Part shown: piece by piece, positions 20,528 to 29,528 of the stretch | Position numbering within the stretch: position 1 is the stretch's first letter | Layout: the number at the start of each line of letters is the position of its first letter | Assembly (NCBI GenBank): GCA_001275005.1 | Contig: JWZX01002723.1 | Location: 1 to 46,564, forward strand | Source of the DNA: Chrysochromulina tobinii | Lineage: Eukaryota | DNA length: 46,564 bases | Direction of reading: 5' to 3' | Notes under the pieces: model-generated | Database searches by the model: none | What the model was told of the DNA's origin: nothing | The model's input: only the letters and a program-made list of their open reading frames with translations | Made by a program: the position numbers and the translations under genes

Positions 20528-20933
20528 CCTGCCGCTGGCACTCACCGTCGCACCGGCTTCAGCCGCAGGTGAGCCGACTGGGTTGCCCAAGTCGCACGAT
20601 AAGCCTGAGCTCACTGATGTGGCGGTGGCAGAGCATGAGCTCACGTCGAGATTAGTCGAGATTGTTATCCCAAAGGGCGCCGTCCCGGGCCTAGCTGCGG
20701 CGTCATCGGCTGGCGAGGTCTTGAATCATTGCGGCATCTGCTTGGAAGAGTGTGTGGAGGAGAAGAGCGACCCGGCGATGGGATGGGGGCAAGCCATGTG
20801 CTGCCAGGCCAAGTTCCACTTCCAGTGCCTCTGCAAATGGTTCCAGCAGCCTAGCTTTCAGAACTCATGTCCGCAATGCCGAAGACGGCCCAAGAGCGTG
20901 TCGTCGCGCCGGCTGCTGCGAAGGGAGCCGTAG
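18900..20933 (+). CDS. Tandem AP2-domain DNA-binding protein with C-terminal RING-type finger; probable in-frame intron 19543-19650
   Basis: AP2 motifs SSGYRGV..IGAFSTREEAALCYAR and KTGYLGV..CGRFCSAIEAALAHAR; CGIC..CCQAKFHFQC..CPQC; N-terminal Cys/His motifs; a 108-nt pyrimidine-rich GT..AG segment. Confidence 0.82.
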
Positions 20934-21492
20934 CGCCAAGAGTCGTGGTACCACGCGCGGCCCAGCCGACACCGTCTTCTTACATGTCTTCGCGAAGTTT
21001 AGACGTGATCCCCTTAGTGATCCCCCGGAGTCGCATGGGCGCATGCTGCCACATGCGACCCATGGACCCATGGCCACATGCAGTGGTACAGATCGGCACA
21101 TCACCGATCACGTCAGAGAGAGATGGACAGATGGTGTCAGAAGCACAAAGTGGGTTTCGTACGCGAAAATGTGTGTTGCCCGAGTCGAAATGTCCGGTCA
21201 CGAGTCCGAGGCATGTCAACGCGGGCCGCGGCCAACCCCGCGCTCGCGCCTCGACCCGACCAGACCCCCGCCCGGCCGCCGCACGTGTACGCTGCCATTG
21301 GCGTGTTTTACTTACCGTACGACCCGACCCGGGGTCGCCAAAACAGCATTGCAGAACAGTCAACGCCGTGACAGGGGAAAACGGTACACAAACGCTCTCC
21401 AAGGCGAGGACGGCGACGCGCAAGCGCGAGACTCTCGATCGTCCGCAGTCGCTGACGCCGCAGCAGTGGCCAGCACGTCGTCGCGTGCGGAC

Positions 21493-22371
21493 TCAAGGAT
21501 CTCTCGGGATGGCCGCGAGCGCCGCTTGCGCGTCGGTGCATGCCGACGCCTTGGCGGACCGGCTTGCCTGCACGCTCCGGTGGAGCCGTCGCAGGATGTT
21601 GGAGACGCGCGTGAGGTGGTCCGGTCGGAAGCGCGAAGCCTTTGACCAGGCCGCGACGGTCGGCGGCTTGCCTTCGGCCTCCAGCAAGTGCTTGAGCCCA
21701 GTCTTGACCTCGTGGCAGCCCGTCTGCAGCACGTCCGTCCGACCGAGGCCGATCATGAACTCATTCACCGTCCAAAGGCCGACGCCCCGAACGCTCTTGG
21801 CGGAAGCCTCAAAAGCCTTGTCTGCGGCGTCGCGCGCCCCACTCCTTCTCACGGGCCGCGCGCTCAGCGACGCCCACTTGCTCGCGAGCTCGAGCATAAT
21901 CTGCGCCTTGGGCTCCCAGCTCGGCTGCCGCATGAGCTGCGCAATGTCAGCTGCGCCTCCAGCGATGCCGAGCAGACCCCGTGGCGAGAGTGTGCCACCA
22001 AGGGCGGCGCGCAGTGCGGCGTCAGCCGCGGCGGCGGCGTGCCTCGAGTCGCGCTGATACATCACCAAGCGTGCGAGCGAATCGAATGCGTCGTCGTCGT
22101 TGCTTGAGCCCACCGCCGTGCCGACCTCGGTGCTCGAGCCCGCCACCTCGCCGTTCAAGGCCGCGGCAGAAACCGCCCGCAACTCGTCCGCCTGCAGCCG
22201 GCGCGCGAGCGCCTCATCATCGCCGCCTACCCCACGACTCTCCTCCGCCTGCAGCCGGCGCGCGAGCGCCTCGTCGTCGACGCACGCACGCTTTGCAGGC
22301 GGCTCCCTCGATGGCTCTCCTCGACGGGCGTGGCGGGCGGCAGCAAGCTCGGCGAGGAGAGAGCTGGCCAT
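21493..22371 (-). CDS. AlkA/Mag-like HhH-GPD DNA glycosylase homologue with two N-terminal MIU-like ubiquitin-binding motifs
   Basis: FDSLARLVMYQ, KAQIMLELA, HhH SVRGVGLWTVNEFMIGLGRTDVL; DDEALARRLQA twice; ATG at 22371. The upstream part of the ORF-track ORF is repeat/UTR sequence. Confidence 0.72.
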   Translation of the reverse strand: MASSLLAELAAARHARRGEPSREPPAKRACVDDEALARRLQAEESRGVGGDDEALARRLQADELRAVSAAALNGEVAGSSTEVGTAVGSSNDDDAFDSLARLVMYQRDSRHAAAAADAALRAALGGTLSPRGLLGIAGGAADIAQLMRQPSWEPKAQIMLELASKWASLSARPVRRSGARDAADKAFEASAKSVRGVGLWTVNEFMIGLGRTDVLQTGCHEVKTGLKHLLEAEGKPPTVAAWSKASRFRPDHLTRVSNILRRLHRSVQASRSAKASACTDAQAALAAIPRDP

Positions 22372-22930
22372 CACACCACAGGGGGGACGAAGAGGGTTTG
22401 CAAAGTTTTTGTTTGCCATGTACGGTAACGTGAAGCTGGGGTTTACATTCTGAAGGTGTTGAGGAGGGGCGTGGGCATTCCGGTTTTTGAACCGGCACTG
22501 TTCTGTCGTGGTTCTCGACGAAATCGAGAAAGGCAAGGACGACGAGGACATGCTGGACGAGGATCCACGTACAACGAAAAGATGACTCGGGAGCGTCCCT
22601 CGAACCCCACCTCTATTCGCACACACGAACACGGTTGAGTCAGATAATGTAGGCCAGCTCACGATATAACCATGAGGATCCACCCTTAATCGCGCCCACA
22701 CCTCCTTCCAATGGACCTTCACGCCCAAGATGCAGTCACACAGACGACCAACATGCAGTTGTCTCGAGACCGCAGACCCTTTTCTCCGCTCCACTTGGCC
22801 TTGGATACGGTAGGAGAGAGTTTTTCGCACAACGTGTCGAACACAGTTCCGAGATGCGGCGGCCGTCGGTCTTGGCGGTCACCTGCATCGTCATCTCCGT
22901 CGTCGTCTCCGTCGCCGTCACCGCGACTGC

Positions 22931-23003
22931 CTACTTTCGGCGACCTCCTCCGTCTCCGCCGTCCTCTCCGTTGTCGTCGCCGTCGTTGCCGCCGTCGTTG
23001 TCG

Positions 23004-23052
<49 letters not shown>

Positions 23053-23365
23053 CGCCGCCGTTGTCGCCGCCGCCGACGTTGCCGTTGCCGCTAGGGCAGG
23101 TTTTGCAGCCTTTGCAGTCCACGCATTTTTGGCACCCGGAGCAGGACTTGTGGGAGCATTGCCACTCACCATCCTTCGCCTGAATCTTATCAGAGATTTC
23201 CTTCGACCATTTATTCGCGTTGCAGTGGCAGTGCTGGCACTTCCCGTCGCGGGCAAAAGAGACGGCCTGGGACTGCGCCGACATGATCGGATTCGCGACG
23301 TCGCCCGAGGTCGGAATCGCGGCGACGTTGAGCGCTAGCGCGATGGTCAGAAGGAGGCGGAGCAT
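22931..23365 (-). CDS. Secreted Cys-rich protein with Gly/Asp-rich tail, copy 3 (144 aa)
   Basis: Near-identical to 16107..16541, on the opposite strand. Confidence 0.8.
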
Positions 23366-23775
23366 CGTTACCTGCGCAAGAGGGCCGCGAACACACTGTC
23401 AGGCACGCAGGCGCGCAGGGGAAAGCGAGGAGAGTGGGGCATTGGAGAACGAAGGATTTCTGACCAAAATAGGAAAATTGCCTTACATGGGTTCGGCTGC
23501 CCACCGCCGTCGGCGCGGCGGTAGCCGACACCGAAAATGCTCTTATAATCATATAACGAGCATATAAGGTGCGTTTTTGTTCACGTCTGATCAATCATGA
23601 TTGTGTGATGCTGTTCAACACAACGCGTGAGCTCACCTGACCCCAAGCATGATTGTGTGCCGTGTCACGTCAAGCGCGCATCGCGTGTCAACGAACGCAG
23701 GAACCCTAAAAGGCCAAAATCGATACACGATGATCCCTAGCGATTTTCAAACAGAGCATGCTTAGGCCCTAGCGC

Positions 23776-25064
23776 CTAGGGCATTTTTCCGCAGCGCCTG
23801 CCCTCCATCTCGACGACCTCGACCGCTCGCGCGAGGCCATCTTCCTTCGCTATTTCCGCGGCGAGCGCTTCCGCACGCGCGCGGAAGCCCCGCGTCGGCA
23901 ACAAGTGCGCGCAGCCGCGCGGGCGAGCAGCGTGGGCGTCAGGCGCGCGAGCGCGACAGGCGGCGGGCCGCAGCCGAGCTTGCGGTGCACGATCGCTGCC
24001 CACATGTGCTGGTCGGCGCCGATGGGGCAGACGAGCGTCGGCCGGCCCGCGGCGAGGCCGGCGGCGGTCGTGCCCGCGCCGCCGTGGTGCACGACGGCCG
24101 CGACGAGCGGGAAGAGCTTGGCGTGCGGCGCGGCGTCGAGGTAGAAGACGTTGGGGTCGGCGGCGGCGGCGGCGTTGGCGGCGCCGCTCCAGCCCAGCTG
24201 CAGCACGGCGCGCACGCCGGCGTCGCGAACCGCGGGCAGCACGATGGCCGCGAGCGCCGCGGGCGCGAGCGCCGTCATCGAACCGAAGCCGATGTAGACG
24301 ACGGGCTGTGCGCCCGCGCCCGCGAGGAAGGCTGCCAGGTCGGCGCCGGGCTGCCACTGCGCCGGGTCATCCAGCCGCCAGTACCCGGTCATGAACGTCT
24401 TGTCGTCCCAGTCGTCGGGCCGCGCAATCACCGTCGGCGACACGCAGCACATGCGCGGCGCGACGCTGCCGTCGGTGCGGCAGCCCATCTCCAGCACCGT
24501 CGGCGCGCGCGCCGGCAACCGCAGCGTCTCGCGCCGCCACTGCGCCAGTGCGGCGCCGTGCATGGTGCGCGCCATTGCGGGCATCATGTACGTCGCGCGG
24601 TTCAGGCAGCGCAGCGGCGCGACCGCACTGGCGAGGAAAAAGGGGAAGCTCCGCGTCGGGAAGACGGGCGCCAGCGCCGCCGTCACGAGCGCGGCGCCGT
24701 GCGCCTCGGCGAGGTCTGGCCCGCCAGGAAAAGTGCAAGAGCAGACCACGAGGTCCACGCCCGCCGCCGCCGCGCAGCCGGACGCCGCGCGCAGCGCGGC
24801 GGGCATGGCCGCGCACACGAGCTTGCCAATGGCCGACTCGACGCCGCCGCCGCGCGCACCGCGCACCTCGGGCGATTGCATCAGCACCTTAAAGTCGAGC
24901 CCCATCGGCGCAAATGCCACGCCGTGCTCGTCGCGCACCCACTTTTCGCAATTGTCGGGGCCGCACAGCGTCACGGCGTGGCCGCGCGCGAGCAGCGCCT
25001 TGCCGAGGGCCAGCAATGGCTCCACGTCGCCGCGCGTGCCCAGGCAGATGATGATAACTTTCAT
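23776..25064 (-). CDS. GT1-family (sterol glucosyltransferase-like) glycosyltransferase; apparent frameshifts near the 3' end
   Basis: GTRGDVEPLLALG, TGYW, VVYIGFGSM, APHAKLFP, VVHHGGAGTTAAGL, ADQHMWA. The expected C-terminal helix FRARAEALAAEIAKEDG is in another frame ending at 23776. Confidence 0.88.
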
Positions 25065-25450
25065 AGCGACTTGTTACAGACGTGTTAGCGACTTCGGAGG
25101 GACCGGGATTCGAATCTCCCCCTAATCCCCCCTCAACGAGAAAATAGGCGATCTCGCGTCCGTATGTGTGTCCCGGCTCCCCCGACACCGGAGGAGCCGA
25201 GACACACACACACGGGACATAAAAGGAAGCTGCATGATCCTGAGCGGGCAGTGACAGTGCCGTAGCACCGGATGTCGCATCTGTCGTGACAAATATGTCT
25301 CTTCACACGTTAGCAGTAACAGTGCCGTAGCACCGGTTGTCGCGTCTGTCGTGTTAACGTTCACGTTAGTTCACACCCACTTGGGCTGAGCGCCGCGATA
25401 ACGCGTTCGCCTCGCTCGCTCGACGCTCCTGGGCTACTTTCCCCGGTAAC

Positions 25451-27292
25451 ATGCCTGAGTACGACGCTTTGCACACGGACGCCCATCGCGTCAACGCCTT
25501 TGCCGCGGGCCACGTCTTCACAGCGGTCGAGCTCAACAAGCTTCACTACGCGCCACCGGGCACGGAGCGCTGGGCAACCTTCGAGGTCGTTGCTCGAAGC
25601 CGTGGGAAGGAGCTCTGCGTGGGCCTTCGCGAAGCAGGCTTCACCGTCTGCGGCGTGAATCCGTTCTGCCCAGCCTGCGCTGCGGCCGGCAAGCCCGCTG
25701 GCGACGCGCACTCGTCATGGTTTCCGTCATCTCACTCATCTCCGCGTGCAATTTGGCCACGAGTCGCCCACGACCCGCCGGCAATTGTGGACGTCGTGAG
25801 TGCGAGTGGAGTCGTGCTCATCACACTGCAACGCATAATGGACGGCGCGCTCCGTGAGTACCTGCCAGGTGCCGCCGTGCCACACGAGTCGCTACTGACC
25901 TTGCGGCGCGACGATGGCGCGGCGATGGCCTTCGTGCGCAAGGAGGACTCGACAAGGACAGTGCAGGCGCTCGGGTACGAGCCGGGCGGCAGGCTCCTCT
26001 TGGGCCAATGGACGGAGAGCTCAAGCCCCGACCCGCTCTACGAGTACGCTGCCTTTCGCGCCAGGGTCCTCGACCTGCTCAACGCCGACCCACTCGGAAT
26101 GCTCAGCAAGCCGATCTGCGAGCTGCTCCTCGAGCCTCGCTGGTTCAACGGCGTGGGCAATTACCTCCGTGCGGAGATTTTGCATCGGGCGGGGGTGCCG
26201 CCGTTTGAATCCGCGAAGGTGGTGCTCACGGCCGCGCGCGAGGCCGCACGCGAGGCCGCACGGCACGCCGCCACCGCCGCGGGCGACTCGTCGATGAGCA
26301 GCCCCGACCGAGCGCCGGATCGAGCGCCGGATCGAGCGCCGAGTCGAGCATGGGGAGCGACGGCGGCCGGAGCGGCCGCGGGCACGGCGGCGGTAACGGC
26401 GATGGACGGCGAGCCGCAAGATGTGCTCAGCATGACGCGTGACGTGCTGCGCGAGTCCCTCTGCGTGGGCGACGCTGACTGGCTCGACTGGCTCCAATGC
26501 TACGATGGGCCCGCTCGGAGCCCGAGGTGGCATGCTGAGAGGGTGGCCGGGCACCAAGTGCCCGCCGGCCCCGCCGGCTTCGCGGGGCAGCTTGGCAGCA
26601 AGAGCGAGAAGGATGGTAAGGGGCGGCAGATCTTTTATCGCGGCCCACGAGGCCCGTTGGGCAATGTAGGCTTTACTCAGCATCAATTGAGCTGGCGCGA
26701 GCAGCGGCAGCAGCATGCAAGTGCTCATCACGGCGCCGGTGGGGCGAGCAGCCACCACCAGCAGCAGCAGCAGCAGCAGCAGCTGGAGGAGGAGCAGCAG
26801 CAGCAGCCACCGCAGCCACACTCACCGCAGACACCCGCGCCCGCGCCGGCGACCAACGAAGCCGCAGGTGAACCACCGCCCTCGAAACGAGCCAGATTGG
26901 AAGAGGAGCATATGGCAGTCGGACCCTCGGTGAGCACGGCGGTGTGTCCGGGCGTCCTGCTGCGTTTGGACGAGCTCGCATCGTGCGCGCCTGGCTCCTC
27001 GGTGCGTGTGCTTGGCAAGGTGGTGCGCATCGAACATGAGGATGGTTGGCGAGCCATCATTGAGCTCCATCAGACACGTCTAACTGTAGACTTATCGCAC
27101 CTGCCCACGGATGGTCACGTCTTCCGAAAGGAAGACCTGTTCCAGTTTCTTGGCGAGCTTCTAGTCGACGAGCATGGCAGCCGGCTGCTGCGCGCGCGCA
27201 TAGCACGCTCCTTCCAGGGCGTCGACGTCGGCCTATACGAGCGCGCTGTGGAAGTGAAGCGCGCCTTCTTGCAACAGGTAGACAGAGCATGA
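25451..27292 (+). CDS. NEIL1-like (Fpg/Nei) DNA glycosylase fused in frame to a TEN1-like OB fold
   Basis: N-terminal MPE, RGKEL, H2TH KPICELLLEPRWFNGVGNYLRAEILHRAGVPPF, zincless-finger DGKGRQIFYRGPRGPL. After a polyQ linker: PGVLLRLDEL..GSSVRVLG..LFQFLGEL..LRARIARSFQGVDVGLYERAV. Confidence 0.85.
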   Translation: MPEYDALHTDAHRVNAFAAGHVFTAVELNKLHYAPPGTERWATFEVVARSRGKELCVGLREAGFTVCGVNPFCPACAAAGKPAGDAHSSWFPSSHSSPRAIWPRVAHDPPAIVDVVSASGVVLITLQRIMDGALREYLPGAAVPHESLLTLRRDDGAAMAFVRKEDSTRTVQALGYEPGGRLLLGQWTESSSPDPLYEYAAFRARVLDLLNADPLGMLSKPICELLLEPRWFNGVGNYLRAEILHRAGVPPFESAKVVLTAAREAAREAARHAATAAGDSSMSSPDRAPDRAPDRAPSRAWGATAAGAAAGTAAVTAMDGEPQDVLSMTRDVLRESLCVGDADWLDWLQCYDGPARSPRWHAERVAGHQVPAGPAGFAGQLGSKSEKDGKGRQIFYRGPRGPLGNVGFTQHQLSWREQRQQHASAHHGAGGASSHHQQQQQQQQLEEEQQQQPPQPHSPQTPAPAPATNEAAGEPPPSKRARLEEEHMAVGPSVSTAVCPGVLLRLDELASCAPGSSVRVLGKVVRIEHEDGWRAIIELHQTRLTVDLSHLPTDGHVFRKEDLFQFLGELLVDEHGSRLLRARIARSFQGVDVGLYERAVEVKRAFLQQVDRA

Positions 27293-27506
27293 TAAGTTAG
27301 ACTTAGTCCGATTAAGTTGTTTGGTGCTGTGGCTTGAGGCTTGCGGCGCCACTCCAGACCAATTTTATTCAATTTAACAAAATTAACATCTAGAATGCAT
27401 GTTAAAAGGACAGAAAACTTGCGTCGCGCGGCGCGTAACCACAACACGCACACAAGGCCTCCCCTGGTCTAAAACCCATTCACACACCCGAAACGCAGGA
27501 AAGCCA

Positions 27507-29006
27507 ATGAACAAGGCCATCGATGCAGAGGAAGACAAGTACGTGAGACGGAAACCCTCGCGACACATCACCGCCGAGAGCGAGGCCTTTACCTTCCTGT
27601 ACCGCGCACGATGCTACCTGGGATTCTTCGTCATGGCGCAGGTCTCCATGCTCGTCTGGTTTTCAAGGTCCTCTCCACAGTCTCATCCAGAGTTACATCT
27701 GACGGCTCCACTATCGTCTGGGCCGCCCGTGCCGCTGACCTCTCCGCCATCGCCGCCATCTCCAGCTCTGGAGCGTAGGGCCGACGAGGCGCAGCGCCTA
27801 GCCTTTTGGCGAGTATTGGAGCGGTTGCAGAACCCATCTGATTGTCGAAGGGCGTCGGTGTACATATTTCTGCCAACACCGTACCAGAGCGGCCTCGGCT
27901 CCCAGATGCGCATCGCTGCGAACTCGCTCGTGCATGCCATGGCTCTGCGGCGCACCTTTGTTCTCGATGCGGCGACGAGCGTCTACGCCGATCCACACCG
28001 ATGCCCATCTCGCGGCTTCGAATGCTTCTTCCAGCGCGCCTCCAGTTGCACTGCTGCCGACGTGCTGAGCGACCTTCCACCTGCTCCGCCCGCCGCGCTC
28101 GAGCCGAATACGAGCGCGGCCGTGCAGCTCGCTGCGCGGCTGGACGAGCTGCCGCGCGTCTCCCTAGGCGCGGACGTGCCGCCTCGGGTCATCTCGGGTC
28201 GTGCCTCGTGCACGAGCAAGCTCACACCCAACGAGATTGAGTCACTACATGCTCTGCTCGCTGCCGAGCTCGCCGCCACTGCGGGAGTCGGCGCGCCACT
28301 CGCGAGCGCGCCGCCGCCGGACTTGGGCTGGTATGTGCGCCTAGCGTCAGCTTACCTTGGCCGTCCAAATGCGCAAACGGAGGCCCTCGCACACAAGCTG
28401 ACGAGCGACCTGCGGCTGGGCGGGAACGCCACCGAGCGCCGTGACGAGCGCGGCTATGTGGCCGTGCACATTCGGCGAGGCGACAAGACGGCGTCGGAGG
28501 CCGTCGGCCACACGACGAGTGAATACGCCGCCGCGGTGCAGGAGGTGGTGCACCGGCGCCGTCTCGGGCACATCGTGCTCTCATCCGACGACGCCGAGCC
28601 TTACAGGACTCTGCCCGAGATGCTGCAAGGTGAGGAGGCTGAGGTGGTCTACGTGCCGACCAACGAATGGGTTCGGGTCCCCGCAGCCGGGCCCCTTGTC
28701 GCAGCCAAGCACGTCGAATACTATTACCAGACGAAGCGCGCTGCCAGCCCGATCGACGAGGGCATGCTCCTCATCGCCCAAGCGCTGATCTTTAGCCGGG
28801 CGGCGGCGGTCGTGGGTACTCTCACCTCAAACTACCTGCTCGTGGTGGTTGAGTTGGCCGAGCTGCAACGGCCGCCGGGGGCTGCTCCTCTTGAAGTGAT
28901 CGACCTCGACGGCAACGCGTACTTTCCTTGCGGGTGTCAAGATCCGCTGCCGTGGGGCCCCAAGTTCAACCTACAACGCGTGCGGGGTGAACTAGCTGTG
29001 AACTAG
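27507..29006 (+). CDS. Alpha-1,6-fucosyltransferase-like (GT23/FUT8-like) type II membrane protein
   Basis: N-terminal TM segment, LQNPSDC, GLGSQM, VAVHIRRGDK, LSSDD, VGTLTSN. Confidence 0.85.
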   Translation: MNKAIDAEEDKYVRRKPSRHITAESEAFTFLYRARCYLGFFVMAQVSMLVWFSRSSPQSHPELHLTAPLSSGPPVPLTSPPSPPSPALERRADEAQRLAFWRVLERLQNPSDCRRASVYIFLPTPYQSGLGSQMRIAANSLVHAMALRRTFVLDAATSVYADPHRCPSRGFECFFQRASSCTAADVLSDLPPAPPAALEPNTSAAVQLAARLDELPRVSLGADVPPRVISGRASCTSKLTPNEIESLHALLAAELAATAGVGAPLASAPPPDLGWYVRLASAYLGRPNAQTEALAHKLTSDLRLGGNATERRDERGYVAVHIRRGDKTASEAVGHTTSEYAAAVQEVVHRRRLGHIVLSSDDAEPYRTLPEMLQGEEAEVVYVPTNEWVRVPAAGPLVAAKHVEYYYQTKRAASPIDEGMLLIAQALIFSRAAAVVGTLTSNYLLVVVELAELQRPPGAAPLEVIDLDGNAYFPCGCQDPLPWGPKFNLQRVRGELAVN

Positions 29007-29528
29007 CTGTGAACTAGCTCCTTCTCCGCCGAGCAGCAGTGGCGCCGCTCGCGCACACTCGCTCCTGAGGCGCCTTGATCTCGCCCATGCCTCGCCTTGA
29101 TCTCACATGTAGAGCATGAGAGAGGACATATCTTGGGTAGTACTATCTTGCGGCTTCGCTATCGTACTTGTAGCCCTTCAAGGATGTTTGTAGAGCAGAG
29201 ACCGTATTACTTTAGGCCGTGTTCGTACTTCGACACGCGCCACCGCCAGCCGCCACACGCACGGCACCGCACGCGCATCTGGGCGACATGCTGGGCGCAT
29301 GGCTGGGCGGCCGCGAGACCGGCGCTAAAGTCGGTTGCGTGATCGCTTGCCAAAGAGGCGCCTGGGGCCCTGGCACATAACAGAGCGGGGGCTCATTACG
29401 TTACGTGGACCCCCGATGGCGTAGCTCGTGAAGTCTTTGCGATCACGAAGATGAGAATATGAGATGCAACGGTTGCATGCGGGTCGCTTTTTCTTCTCCC
29501 AAATTTGGCAGTCAGCTTCCCGACAACA

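Noticed and set aside
20752..22057. Long plus-strand ORFs 20752..21645 and 20867..22057
   Set aside because: No recognisable domain; they are largely antisense to the AlkA-like gene and expected in GC-rich DNA.
22372..22830. N-terminal extension of the AlkA-like ORF as real protein
   Set aside because: It runs through the 3' flank of secreted-protein copy 3 and lower-GC promoter-like sequence; ATG 22371 is more plausible.
16026..23445. Copies 2 and 3 as terminal inverted repeats of a large DNA transposon carrying three genes
   Set aside because: No transposase inside, no target duplication seen, and a third tandem copy exists; inverted gene duplication is simpler.
25095..25125. tRNA-like T-loop string (minus strand GATTCGAATCCCGGTCCCTCCG)
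   Set aside because: The T-stem does not pair properly and no D-arm, anticodon arm or acceptor stem can be built; it is just a short palindrome.
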